A DNA stretch of 64,000 nucleotides from Chloroflexota bacterium. GTDB taxonomy: Bacteria; Chloroflexota; Dormibacteria; DASZGP01. The notes under the pieces were generated by a model. The model searched no databases, was not told the DNA's origin, and was given only the letters and a program-made list of their open reading frames with translations. The stretch covers positions 11,387 to 75,386 of the forward strand of contig JAXDLW010000015.1 of the NCBI GenBank assembly GCA_034666405.1. Reading direction: 5' to 3'. The stretch's first letter is position 1. Every line of letters begins with the position of its first letter. Below, one piece after another: positions 1-9,625 of the stretch. The position numbers were made by a program, and so were the translations under genes.

Positions 1-163
1 TGTTTCGCGACGGCGTTGTCCGCTTTGGCCCCGCCTTGGCGTGGGCGGAAGTTGGACTCCTCGAATCCCCTGGGTCCAACCTCGGACAAATGGCCTCATC
101 AGGTCGAAACTGAACTCGATTCAGCCAGCGGATCAGCCGCTGTCCTCTACGTCGGAGCACGGA

Positions 164-1603
164 TTAGAGAAGCTCCGGCAATTTGCGGCCGGCAACCTTC
201 GCCTTGATCGCCTCCAGCTCCTCCGGTGAGTGGAATTCGCCTCTGACGACACCGGCGATGTCGTGGAGGTTGGCGACATCGTCGATGGGGTTGGCGTTGA
301 GCAGGACCAGGTCCGCGAACTTGCCCTCCTCGACGGTGCCCATCTTGTCGGTCATGCCCAGGAACTCCGCCCCGTTCAGCGTGGCGCCTTGGAGGACTCG
401 GAGAGGGGAGAGACCCGCCCGGGCCAGTTCGTCGAACTCCTGGTGCAGCGACGAACCCGGGATGTCCCAGACGCCCCCGGCGTCGCTGCCCGCAATGATC
501 TTGACGCCGTCCGCATCGAACAGCCTCGTCACCTTCAGATACAGCTCGTAAACACCCTTGAGGGTCTCGCGAGTGGTTGCCGGGAGAGCCTCGAATTCCT
601 TGCTCGACTCCATCCAGCGGTCGAAGGTGGGCCGGGCCAGGTAGCGCAGGTTGGGGTCCTTGCGGAACTCCGGGGAATCGCTCAGAAGGCAGGTGCAGTT
701 GCGAATCAAAGTTACGCACTGCCAGGTGCCGTCCGCCGCCAGTTGCGCAGCCAGCTTTCGCGCCCGGTCTTCGTCGAACGTTGCCACAGCGCGCTCCAGC
801 GCTTTCAGCTCAACCTCCGGGTAGCGCAGCGCGGGATTGGTCAGGAGGTCGCGCAGCCGACGTCGGATCAGGATGTCGAGGAACGGGACCTTGAGCAAAT
901 GGACGGGCGGAAGCCTGCGCGGCGGAACCGCAGCCAGGTCGGCCCGGATCGCTTCGCCGTCTCTCGAGCAGGCGGTCAGGATCCCGGACCCTGGGCCGAG
1001 GTGCTCGATCGACCGCATGCCCCCGGCGGAGGCCTGGGCAGGATCGACCCCCACAGGGAGGTGCCCGGCGATGGGAATGTCGATCCGTTTTGCTTCTGCC
1101 TGCGCCGCGAAGAACGCCGCCGGCCCCGTGAAGGCCACCTTGATGAAGTCAGCTCCGGCTTCCTTCTGCTCCCTAACGGTCTTCACCGCGGCCTCGGGGG
1201 TGCCGGCGGTAAATGGGGTCAGCAGCTCGCTGGCGAGGGACAGCAGGCGCGGCATCGTGCCCGTCAGAGGGAGCTTCCCGGTTTCCCGTTGCCCGCGGGT
1301 TCGAGCCGTCGAGGCCATCTCACGGAAGCCCGTGATGCCATGAGCGAGCATCAGGTCCGCGGCGATACCTGCGTCGTCACCGGCATTAAAGATGTGGGTG
1401 TGCATGTCGAGGTAGCCGGGGACGACAAATTTGCCCCGAGCGTCGATCTCGGTGGCCGAATCCACGTCAATCGTGCCCGCCGGCCCTAGCTTGGCAATCA
1501 CGCCTTCCTTGATGTAGACGTCGAAATCGCGAGACAGCGAGCCATCCCTTGTGTCGACGATGCGCGCTCCTTGGAGCAGCATCGAATCTGCATTAGCTGG
1601 CAT
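164..1603 (-). CDS. Amidohydrolase-family metal-dependent hydrolase
   Basis: About 480 aa with the metal-binding HxH motif 'GYLDMHTHIF' and the conserved C-terminal 'AGSDAGG' Asp region. ATG at 1603 (rc 'cat' 1601-1603) is preceded by a GGGAGA RBS. It lies 14 nt downstream of the ABC gene on the same strand. The listed N-terminal extension to 1756 is Arg/Gly-rich and rejected. Confidence 0.8.
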   Translation of the reverse strand: MPANADSMLLQGARIVDTRDGSLSRDFDVYIKEGVIAKLGPAGTIDVDSATEIDARGKFVVPGYLDMHTHIFNAGDDAGIAADLMLAHGITGFREMASTARTRGQRETGKLPLTGTMPRLLSLASELLTPFTAGTPEAAVKTVREQKEAGADFIKVAFTGPAAFFAAQAEAKRIDIPIAGHLPVGVDPAQASAGGMRSIEHLGPGSGILTACSRDGEAIRADLAAVPPRRLPPVHLLKVPFLDILIRRRLRDLLTNPALRYPEVELKALERAVATFDEDRARKLAAQLAADGTWQCVTLIRNCTCLLSDSPEFRKDPNLRYLARPTFDRWMESSKEFEALPATTRETLKGVYELYLKVTRLFDADGVKIIAGSDAGGVWDIPGSSLHQEFDELARAGLSPLRVLQGATLNGAEFLGMTDKMGTVEEGKFADLVLLNANPIDDVANLHDIAGVVRGEFHSPEELEAIKAKVAGRKLPELL

Positions 1604-1617
1604 CTTGTCTCCCTGTC

Positions 1618-4600
1618 TTACGCGGGCACAGCGGCCCGACCGCCACTTCGTTCGATTGCGACCTCGTCGGTACCCAGATATGAGGCGATCACGGCGGGAT
1701 CCGCCATGACCTCGGCTGCCGGCCCGCGGGCAAGAACCTTGCCCAGGTGCATGCATAGCACCTCATCGGATAGCGCGCGGATCATCGGAATGTCGTGTTC
1801 GATGATGGCCACCGTGGCACCCAGGTCGGCCCGCAGGTCGAGGAGTATGGGGATCAGCGCCTCGGCCTCGCGCTGCGCCAGGCCGCTCGAGGGCTCGTCG
1901 AGAACGAGTACGCGGGGGCGATGGACCGAGGCTGCCGCCAGTTCGACGATCCGCCGAGTCCCGGTGGATAGCTCCGATACGAAGGAGTTGGCGAAGCGTT
2001 CGAGGTGGAAGGCGCTGATCGCGGCCTCGACCTTGGCCCGGATCTCGGCTTCAGACTGAAGCGACGCACCCAGCCCGGCCACCGCGGCCAGCGGGTCCCG
2101 CACCCTGATGTGCCGCTCCAGGGCGACGCTCAAGACCTCTGACACGGTCAATGACGGGACCAGCACAAGGTCCTGGAAGGTGCGCCCTAGTCCCAGCCTG
2201 AAGCGCTTCGCGGGGCTGAGTCCCGTGATATCCCGGCCATCCATGAAGAGCCGACCGCTGTCGGGGGTCACAAAGCCACAGATGATGTCGAACAGCGTGG
2301 TCTTACCCGCGCCGTTGGCCCCGATGACGCCGAGGATCTTCCCGTCCTCCAGCGTGAGGTCGACCGCGTTGACGGCCGCGACCCCTCCGAACGACCGCGT
2401 CAGACCGCGAGCTTCGAGCACGGTCGTAGAGCTGTGGGCGCCGTTCGCTTGGACGGCGGCGGCGACGACGCGCGTCAGTCGGGGCCCGCTGGCCTGCTTC
2501 TTCACGGGTGCAAGGAAGACGGCCCGCACGAGGTGGCTGTCATTGGCGAGCTCGGCCGTCGGGCCGGTGAAACGGATCTCGCCCTTCTCCAGGAAGACCG
2601 CCTGGGGTGCCAGCGAACGCGCGACGTTGATCGACTGCTCGACCATAACGACCGAGATCCCCTCGGCATTCAGGCCGCGCAGCACGTTGAGCAGAGTCGC
2701 CACGACGGTAGGGGCTAGGCCCAGGGACAACTCGTCGATCATCAGCAGCTGGGGGCGGCACAGAAGGGCCTGCGCGATGGCGAGCATCTGCTGTTCGCCG
2801 CCTGACAGCAGGCCTGCCTTCTGGTCCGCCCGCTCGCCCAGCACCGGGAAGAGCTCATGGATCTTCGCAGTGGTCTCCAAAAGGAATGGGCGCTCACCGC
2901 GGCGCTTGGCCAGCCAACCCGCCAGGCGCAGGTTCTCGGCCACGGACAAGCTGGAGAAGACCGCGCGCGCCGGCACCATCACCATCCCCCTGGACACCCG
3001 CGCGGCGGGGGTCAGCCGGGTGACATCCTCCCCGCGAAAGAACACGCCACCTCGCCGCGCGGGGAGTAGTCCGGCAATGACCTTGAGGATGGTCGACTTG
3101 CCCGCGCCATTGGTGCCCAGCAGGGCCAGGATCTCCTTCGGGGCGGTGGCCAGGCTGACCCCGAAGAGGATCTGCAGGTGCCCGTATCCTGCCTCGACGC
3201 GAACTAGGTGGAGAAGCTCGTCGTCGGCCGGCGGGTTGGTCGCAGCATCCGCCGTCGAGCGTCGCAACCTCAGCCGCGGCGACCACCGGGAGGATCTTGC
3301 CGAGCCGCCGCTCGCGATGGGGCTGTCGTCCTCCCTGCCGAAGAGCAGGTTGGGGCTCATCCCGCGGCGGCGCAGCAGCGCCGTGATGAGCAGGTCGCGC
3401 CCGCGATAGCCGAGATCCGCCAGGCCACCCGGCGCCAGGGTGACGATCATCACGATGCCGCCGCCGGCTGTCAGCAGCTGGGCGGTCGGTCCCAGGAAGT
3501 ACTCGGTGCCGTAGAGGTACATGGCCCCGAGTACCGCGCCCCAGACCGAACCCATTCCGCCAACCACCACCATGGTGAAGGCCTCAAGGCTGAAGACCGG
3601 CGCGAACCCCCCAAACGGGATGCCGCGGAGCGCCAAAACGTACAGGCCGCCCCCCAGCCCCGCCAGCGCGCCCGACACCGCGAAGGTGGCCAGCCGCACC
3701 CGAGTGTCCGAAATCGAGACCGCGGCGGCGAAGCGCTCATTGTCTCGAAGGGCGATCGCGGCGCGACCAAACCGGCTACGCCTGAAGTTCCTTATGACGC
3801 CCAGCGATACCAGCACGAAGACCAGGCAGAAGTAGTAAAAGACTCGCGGCTGGTTGAGGTCGAAGCGATCGAGCAGGACCGGAAGCTGAACGCGCACGGG
3901 CGCGAAGGCCGGGAAATGCGCAGGGCTGAGGAAGAAACTCGAGGCGGGAGCGGCAAACGCCAGCGTTGCCACCGCCAGGTACATACCGCGAATGCGGAGG
4001 GCGGGCAGCCCGATGGCCAGGGCGGCGAGGGCGCCGACGAGTATGGAGGCGCCCAGGCACACCAACAGGCTGAGATGGTGGCTCGTGAGCAGCCAGCCTG
4101 TGGTGCCCGCGCCCAGTCCGACCAGGCCGAAGTGCCCAAGGCTGACCTGGCCGGCCCATCCCGTCAGGATCACAAGCGACGCGCCGACGACGATGAAGAT
4201 GGCGACGAACGAGGCAAACGTCAGCTGTGCGGAGTTCATGTTCAGGGGCAGCAGGCAGGCGATTCCAAGCGTGATCAGTCCGCCTCCAACCTGTGCGGCG
4301 CGGACTTCGGGAAGACGACGGATCACCGGCGGGAGCGGTCGCGGCTCGGCGACGCCGCCAAAGCCACCGCCCTCCGCTCCCCCCGTGCGAGCGGAGGCCC
4401 GGCGGTGGAACAGCAGCGCACCGAGGATGAGCGCGAAGAGAGCCAGGTCGACCAGGGACGGATCCGCGTAGCTCCAGAAGAGCGCCTGCTGGACGATGCC
4501 GAGCACGATGCTGGCGATGAACGCAATCGTGAGGCGCTCGAACCCGGCGATGACCGCCGCCGCGAGGGGAGCGATGAGCGCCTCAGGGCCAACCGGGACG

Positions 4601-5394
4601 TTTGCCTGGAAGCCCTGCACCCCGGCCTGGAGGATGGTGCCCACGGCCGCCAGCAGGCTCGCGATCATCCAGGTGATCAGCGACAGCCGGCGGACGGGTA
4701 TCCCGAGCAGCAGGGCGCGCTCCTCGGAGTCCGCGAGAGCGCGGGCGCCGATGCCGCTGTCGGTGCGGTCGAAGAACCATTTGAGCCCGACGAGGACGAT
4801 CGGTATGGCCGCGGCGGCGGCGAGGTAGTCGGCGGTGACCGTCAGGGTCCCTGCTCTGGCGTGGAAGGCCAGCGGCATCCGGAAGGGCGTCGCGGTGCCG
4901 ACCTGCGCGGGGACCTTGAAGAGCTGGGGCGCGGTCCAGCCCAGGATGGTGAGCGGCAGACCTGAGATGTAAAGCGTGAGGCCACCGAGGAGTTGCGCGA
5001 TCCCGATGGTCGCCACGGTCACGATCAGGCGTGGCGCATGGCGCAGGCGGCCCAGAAGCCCACGCTCCACCCAGAGGCCGAGGAGCATCGCCACCACCAG
5101 CCCGGTCGGGACCGCCGCCCAGTAGCTCCAGTGCTGGACCCCGACCAAGAGAACCGTTAGCGTCGTTGCGAACCCGGCCATGTTTGCCTGGGCGAAATTG
5201 ATCACGCGCGCGGACCGGAAGATCAGGATCAATCCGAAGGCGGTGAACGCCGTCAGCCCTCCGCTGATGAGCCCAGGCAGCAGGACCTCGACCGGAAGGC
5301 CGCGGGGTAGGAGCCGGCCTCCGATGACGTACAGCAGGCCGAGCGCTCCGAACGCGGCGACGCCGCGCTGCCGGGCGCTGACCGCTAGAAGCAC
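1618..5394 (-). CDS. Fused HAAT-family ABC importer: LivH-like permease + LivM-like permease + LivF-like ATPase + LivG-like ATPase in one ORF
   Basis: One uninterrupted reading frame. First permease domain: 'VINFAQANMAGF...ALADSEERALLLGIPVRRL'. Second permease domain: 'GWAGQVSLGHFGLVGLGAG...AIALRDNERFAAAVSISDTRVRL'. Walker A 'GTNGAGKST' with signature 'LSGGEQQMLAIAQAL' (LivF-like), then Walker A 'GANGAGKTT' with 'LSTGTRRIVELAAA' (LivG-like). About 60-aa and 35-aa linkers join the domains with no in-frame stops. The start is uncertain; I take the GTG at 5394 that overlaps the upstream stop, and the 5' part of the listed ORF up to 6057 is rejected. Confidence 0.7.
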   Translation of the reverse strand: MLLAVSARQRGVAAFGALGLLYVIGGRLLPRGLPVEVLLPGLISGGLTAFTAFGLILIFRSARVINFAQANMAGFATTLTVLLVGVQHWSYWAAVPTGLVVAMLLGLWVERGLLGRLRHAPRLIVTVATIGIAQLLGGLTLYISGLPLTILGWTAPQLFKVPAQVGTATPFRMPLAFHARAGTLTVTADYLAAAAAIPIVLVGLKWFFDRTDSGIGARALADSEERALLLGIPVRRLSLITWMIASLLAAVGTILQAGVQGFQANVPVGPEALIAPLAAAVIAGFERLTIAFIASIVLGIVQQALFWSYADPSLVDLALFALILGALLFHRRASARTGGAEGGGFGGVAEPRPLPPVIRRLPEVRAAQVGGGLITLGIACLLPLNMNSAQLTFASFVAIFIVVGASLVILTGWAGQVSLGHFGLVGLGAGTTGWLLTSHHLSLLVCLGASILVGALAALAIGLPALRIRGMYLAVATLAFAAPASSFFLSPAHFPAFAPVRVQLPVLLDRFDLNQPRVFYYFCLVFVLVSLGVIRNFRRSRFGRAAIALRDNERFAAAVSISDTRVRLATFAVSGALAGLGGGLYVLALRGIPFGGFAPVFSLEAFTMVVVGGMGSVWGAVLGAMYLYGTEYFLGPTAQLLTAGGGIVMIVTLAPGGLADLGYRGRDLLITALLRRRGMSPNLLFGREDDSPIASGGSARSSRWSPRLRLRRSTADAATNPPADDELLHLVRVEAGYGHLQILFGVSLATAPKEILALLGTNGAGKSTILKVIAGLLPARRGGVFFRGEDVTRLTPAARVSRGMVMVPARAVFSSLSVAENLRLAGWLAKRRGERPFLLETTAKIHELFPVLGERADQKAGLLSGGEQQMLAIAQALLCRPQLLMIDELSLGLAPTVVATLLNVLRGLNAEGISVVMVEQSINVARSLAPQAVFLEKGEIRFTGPTAELANDSHLVRAVFLAPVKKQASGPRLTRVVAAAVQANGAHSSTTVLEARGLTRSFGGVAAVNAVDLTLEDGKILGVIGANGAGKTTLFDIICGFVTPDSGRLFMDGRDITGLSPAKRFRLGLGRTFQDLVLVPSLTVSEVLSVALERHIRVRDPLAAVAGLGASLQSEAEIRAKVEAAISAFHLERFANSFVSELSTGTRRIVELAAASVHRPRVLVLDEPSSGLAQREAEALIPILLDLRADLGATVAIIEHDIPMIRALSDEVLCMHLGKVLARGPAAEVMADPAVIASYLGTDEVAIERSGGRAAVPA

Positions 5395-7064
5395 TGCAGC
5401 TGGCCTGACCCCAGGCTCGGGTTCAGATAGGGCAGGTCCAACGGCTCCCGACACGGCACCGGCGAGCCCGCGGTGCTGTCGTACGGATCGGACGCCGAGG
5501 CGTTCCACCACTCGAAGTTGAAGGTGGAGCAGCCGCAGTAGGCGCCGGCCCCGTAGGCCCAGCTGCCGAACATGCCGGTTCCCGCCGAAGGCGGTTGGTT
5601 GAACCAGCCCTGCCCAAAGGTCGCCGGCGTGAGGTTGGGACCAGCGTTCTGGAGGGCGCCGAAGAACTCGAGCAGGGGTGCACACAGCAGGTCGATGGTG
5701 GTGAGGTTGCTCTGCGGTGCGGCCCCGCCCGAGGCCTTCAGATAGATCTGGTAGCAGTTGTCCTGAGAGGGCGGGAAGTTCTCGGCGTGCCAGGCCGGCA
5801 TGAAGACCATGTGCGACACCTCGTCGGCGCTCATCTGGCGCGACGAGTGATTGGTCATGGGACTTATGTCCAGCCATTCCGGGTGATAGCTGTCGCTGCT
5901 CGCCGCGCTGGTCATGATCGGCGAGAAGATGATGTCGGTCAGCAGAATGACAGTGGTGATGTGCGCGTTGTTCATCGACGCCGCGATCGTTGCCGCCTCC
6001 GGCGCGTACTGGGCGGGGTTGATGTCGTACTGGAATTTCTGGATCGTGACCCCACATTTCTGCTTGGCGCGGGAGATAAGGAGGTCGGGACCGGTGGTCT
6101 GCTGCGTTGGCGTGACCAGGCCGAAGGAGCGGGTCATCGCCGACAGCGCGGCATCCCCTGCATGGATCGCTTTCATGTTGGCCATCCGCTGGCAGACGAC
6201 GTCGGCGGCCGCACTGGCCACGTGCTCGAGGGCCGGGCTCAGGTACTCGTACTGGTAGGGGTAGTTGGCGTTCAGGTTGGGCAGCGAATCCGGCAGGGTG
6301 AAGCTCGCCACGTGTCGCGAGGACAGCGCGCTGGCGTACACGCTGGGGGCGCCGAGAGGAGCCTCGGCAAACGCTCCGAGGTCGTATGCCATCTGGGCGT
6401 CGGCGTTGGCGCCTGACTGGTCGCGGCCGCCGACCTCCGCCAGGTAGCTCCCGCTGCCGTTGAAGCTCGTGAGGGTGACCTTCCGGCCGTAGAGCTCGTA
6501 TTGCGTGTTCAGGTAGTTGATGAACACCTGGGAGTCGTGGACGCCTGCCGCACCCGAGGATGCGCCCACAGCGGACGCAGCGCCGTCAAAGTCGCTCGTC
6601 TGGCGCCAGGTCAGGGTTATCGAATTCGCCGTCACGCCGTGCGCCGTGCTGCCGCCGTTGTTGCCGGTGAACTTGGGCACGCACATCGGGGAGTAGGGGG
6701 TGAAGGTGAACTGGCGCACGCCGGGCCCACAGCGCGTTCCGCTGGCCGTGACATTGCCGGCCGCCGCACCGGTTGCCCCTGCACTGCCACCCTGGGCGGT
6801 GCCACCCGGGCCTGCCCCTGCTGCCCCAGTAGCTCCGCTTGGCGTTGCGCCAGGAGTTGCCCCGGGGTCCGACGTCGCGCCGGGGTTGCCAGCACCGGCA
6901 ACGCCCGTACCGCTGCCGGGCACCGAGGCGGTTTCGCCAATGCGTGCGTCAGGCACAAGCATCACCAGTACGAGCAGACTGGCCAGGAAGAGGACGCCGG
7001 GAATATAACGGCGGGCGACCGCGGCCAACCGTCCAAGGGTGTTGATGCCGCCGAGATCGGTCAT
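5385..7064 (-). CDS. Signal-anchored putative substrate-binding protein, possibly a type I periplasmic-binding fold for the downstream ABC importer
   Basis: N-terminal TM anchor 'GVLFLASLLVLVMLV' followed by a Gly/Ala/Thr/Pro-rich linker, then a ~400-aa domain with weak LivJ-like segments ('ELYGRKVTL'). Its stop overlaps the transporter start and its start overlaps the upstream gene end (ATGA at 7061-7064). The family assignment is tentative. Confidence 0.5.
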   Translation of the reverse strand: MTDLGGINTLGRLAAVARRYIPGVLFLASLLVLVMLVPDARIGETASVPGSGTGVAGAGNPGATSDPGATPGATPSGATGAAGAGPGGTAQGGSAGATGAAAGNVTASGTRCGPGVRQFTFTPYSPMCVPKFTGNNGGSTAHGVTANSITLTWRQTSDFDGAASAVGASSGAAGVHDSQVFINYLNTQYELYGRKVTLTSFNGSGSYLAEVGGRDQSGANADAQMAYDLGAFAEAPLGAPSVYASALSSRHVASFTLPDSLPNLNANYPYQYEYLSPALEHVASAAADVVCQRMANMKAIHAGDAALSAMTRSFGLVTPTQQTTGPDLLISRAKQKCGVTIQKFQYDINPAQYAPEAATIAASMNNAHITTVILLTDIIFSPIMTSAASSDSYHPEWLDISPMTNHSSRQMSADEVSHMVFMPAWHAENFPPSQDNCYQIYLKASGGAAPQSNLTTIDLLCAPLLEFFGALQNAGPNLTPATFGQGWFNQPPSAGTGMFGSWAYGAGAYCGCSTFNFEWWNASASDPYDSTAGSPVPCREPLDLPYLNPSLGSGQLQCF

Positions 7065-7963
7065 CCCGGACTGGCCTTCAAAGAGGAGCGGCCGCCGGTA
7101 CGCAGCGCGATTACCCCAAATCCGTCCGCCCAGTACACGATCGCCGCTAGCAGGAGTGCCATACCAAGATACGTGCCGACCTTGCCACGAAGGGAGCTGG
7201 GCGTTGCACGGGTGATGACGCGCGGCAGGGTGTTGGGGACGGCTGCGACCGGTGGCGGCGCGACGGCGCTCGTCGGAGCGGGTGGTGGGCCCACGTTTAT
7301 GACGCCTGGCACGAAGGCGGGGGCTGGGATCGGGGGTACGGTGGCGCCGGTATCAACGACCCCTCCGGGTTGTGGAACCGGCTCCGGTGCGACGGCCTGC
7401 TGGGGCGGCGGCGCCTGTATGTCAACTACGGGCTTCGCGAACGCGATGCGGTCGCCGGCGCCCACAGCAAGGATGGCCACCGCAACCCGTCCGCCGCGGG
7501 CAAGCGAGGTCGCCGCGAAGGTGATCGAGGTCCCGGAGGCTTGCCCCGCCAGAGGCGCCTTGCAGTCGTAGGTCGGTCGATCGGTCCAGGCGCCACCCTC
7601 GGAGGGGGTGAACGGTGAGGTCAGTAGACAGGCCTGGGGCGGCTGCGTCATCACCGGGTGCCCGGCAGTGTCGAGCTTGATCGTCGCCGTACCCCCGTCG
7701 GGAACCGAAAAGCTGATCGCGGCCATGGCCACCGGGGCCGACGGCGAGTTCTGGACCAGCAGACCGTCGGCAGGTACATCCGGCGCGATTGCGCCACCGA
7801 GGCCGCCCGCCGCGGCCTGGGTCCACCACCCGTAGTGCATATCGGACGGTGTGCTGGCGGAGGCCGGCGCTGACAGGGCGACGAACCCGAGGGTGGTCAG
7901 CGCGAGCCCAGCAGCACCGCGCGGAAGCAGCCGCCGCATCATGGCGTCGTTCAACCCCGTCAT
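7061..7963 (-). CDS. Secreted Pro-rich protein with C-terminal TM anchor (hypothetical)
   Basis: Signal peptide 'MMRRLLPRGAAGLALTTLGFVALSAPASA' starting at the internal Met 'MTGLNDAMMRR'. Contains a Pro-rich region ('APPPQQAVAPEPVPQPGG') and a C-terminal hydrophobic segment 'YLGMALLLAAIVYW'. It is the first gene of the minus-strand operon. Confidence 0.5.
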   Translation of the reverse strand: MTGLNDAMMRRLLPRGAAGLALTTLGFVALSAPASASTPSDMHYGWWTQAAAGGLGGAIAPDVPADGLLVQNSPSAPVAMAAISFSVPDGGTATIKLDTAGHPVMTQPPQACLLTSPFTPSEGGAWTDRPTYDCKAPLAGQASGTSITFAATSLARGGRVAVAILAVGAGDRIAFAKPVVDIQAPPPQQAVAPEPVPQPGGVVDTGATVPPIPAPAFVPGVINVGPPPAPTSAVAPPPVAAVPNTLPRVITRATPSSLRGKVGTYLGMALLLAAIVYWADGFGVIALRTGGRSSLKASPG

Positions 7964-8094
7964 TCCTCGCCCTGACCTTTTCTCATTACCCCGGAAAGCA
8001 GGATAGGCACTGGATTGCTTGCATGTCAACAAAGGCGTCAACTTCTCGACATGCAGTTGACAACGCCGCCTCGCGGGCCGCATCCTTTCGACCA

Positions 8095-9615
8095 ATGTCA
8101 GGGTTGCGCGTCGCGGTCATCGGTGGTGGGCCGGCGGGCCTGTGCTTTGCGCGCCTGCTGAAGATGCAGGCACCCGAGAGCGACGTAACGGTGTTCGAGC
8201 GGCTTCCACCCGGTGGCACCTACGGCTACGGAGTGGGTCTCGGGCATCGCGCCCTTGGCACGTTGCGCGACGCTGACCCCCAGCTCCGCGAGGCGATCGA
8301 GGAGGCCGCGATCACCGTGGACACCTGGACTCTGCAACGCGACGGTCAGGAGCTCAGCGCCACCAACAGCCACGGAATCGCCATCTCTCGCGCCGAGCTC
8401 CTCGCGCTTCTTCAGGAACACGCTCGCGCGGTCGGGGTCAAGGTTGAAACGGGAGGCCAGACCAGTCTCGCGGACGTCAAAGACGCAGACCTCATCGTCG
8501 CTGCGGACGGGTCGGGCAGTGGCGTCCGAGGCGAGCTTGCCGGAGACCTTGGTGCGTCGGTGAGCCGCGGTGAGCTCGCATACCTCTGGTGCGGTGTGCC
8601 GATATCAGTTCCTGCGATGACGCTCTCGATCGCGCAGACGGCGGACGGGCCTCTCACCGCCCACGTGATGCCGTACAGCGCGGGGGCAAGCACCTTCCAG
8701 GTCGACGCGCCCAGGGGCGTGCTCGCCGCGATGGAGAAGTCCTTCGGGCCAGGCGCTGAGTCAGAGCAGCTGGCCCACCTCGAGGCGCACTACCAGCACC
8801 TGCTCGCGGGTCAGCACCTGGAGATAAAGCGGTTCGAGTGGGCCACCTTCCCGACGGTGACCTGCGAGGCATGGTCCGCCGGCAAGACGGTCCTGATCGG
8901 CGACGCGGCGCACACAGCCCACTACACGGTCGGGTCGGGCACCGGCCTGGCCATCGAAGACGCGGTCGCGCTGGCCGCGGCCGTTAGAGATGCGGGGTCG
9001 ATGGGCGATGCGTTCGGCGCGTACGAGGCGATGCGTCGACCGAGGGTGACCCAGCTTCAGAGCCGCGCCGCCATCAGCGAACGCTGGTGGTCGACGCTGG
9101 ATCTGCGGCGAGACCTTCCGCTGGCCAGGGTCCTGGTCAGTTACCTCACCCGGACGGGAGCTGTGACGCTGCCGATGCTGGTGGCGCAAAATCAGCCGCT
9201 GTTGGAGAGTGCCCTGGGCTCGTCGCTCCGGACGGTCGATGCCGCCGCGGTGGCTGAGAGCATCCTGGCTCAGCCTTACATGGCCAACGGCCGAAGCCTG
9301 CCCGGCAGGAGGTTCGTCCCGCCGGCAACCGACGATGCCACCGCCACGATCGAGGTCAAGACAGCCCAGCCCACGCTGGCTGAACTGCGCTCGTCCGTAG
9401 ACCGTGTCGCGGGAATGAGGAGCCAGGGCGTGAGCCACGTGCGGCTCGTCGGTCCCGATGACCGTGTCTCCCTCTATGCCCGCCTGGAGCTTGCGGAGCA
9501 CCTGCGCGCACGAACCGAGCTTGCGACGGTGGTCAGCGGACCTCGTGAGGCATCCGATGACCTGGCCCTGGGTGTGCTCAGCGGCCGCACCGACCTCGTC
9601 GAGATCGAGGGCTAA
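8095..9615 (+). CDS. FAD-dependent aromatic monooxygenase (class A, salicylate/3-hydroxybenzoate hydroxylase-like) with a ~110-aa C-terminal extension
   Basis: 'VAVIGGGPAGL' GxGxxG at the N-terminus, DG motif 'ADGSGSGVRG' and GD motif 'IGDAAHTAHYTVGSGTGLAIEDA'. ATG at 8095-8097. The listed ORF from 7789 adds an Arg-rich leader that I reject. Confidence 0.8.
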   Translation: MSGLRVAVIGGGPAGLCFARLLKMQAPESDVTVFERLPPGGTYGYGVGLGHRALGTLRDADPQLREAIEEAAITVDTWTLQRDGQELSATNSHGIAISRAELLALLQEHARAVGVKVETGGQTSLADVKDADLIVAADGSGSGVRGELAGDLGASVSRGELAYLWCGVPISVPAMTLSIAQTADGPLTAHVMPYSAGASTFQVDAPRGVLAAMEKSFGPGAESEQLAHLEAHYQHLLAGQHLEIKRFEWATFPTVTCEAWSAGKTVLIGDAAHTAHYTVGSGTGLAIEDAVALAAAVRDAGSMGDAFGAYEAMRRPRVTQLQSRAAISERWWSTLDLRRDLPLARVLVSYLTRTGAVTLPMLVAQNQPLLESALGSSLRTVDAAAVAESILAQPYMANGRSLPGRRFVPPATDDATATIEVKTAQPTLAELRSSVDRVAGMRSQGVSHVRLVGPDDRVSLYARLELAEHLRARTELATVVSGPREASDDLALGVLSGRTDLVEIEG

Positions 9616-9625
9616 CCCCGCCGCC

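Noticed and set aside
5394-6057. N-terminal 220 aa of the listed 1479-aa ORF
   Set aside because: His/Arg-rich with no TM or domain features, and it overlaps the binding-protein gene in another frame. The transporter is taken to start at the GTG overlapping the upstream stop instead.
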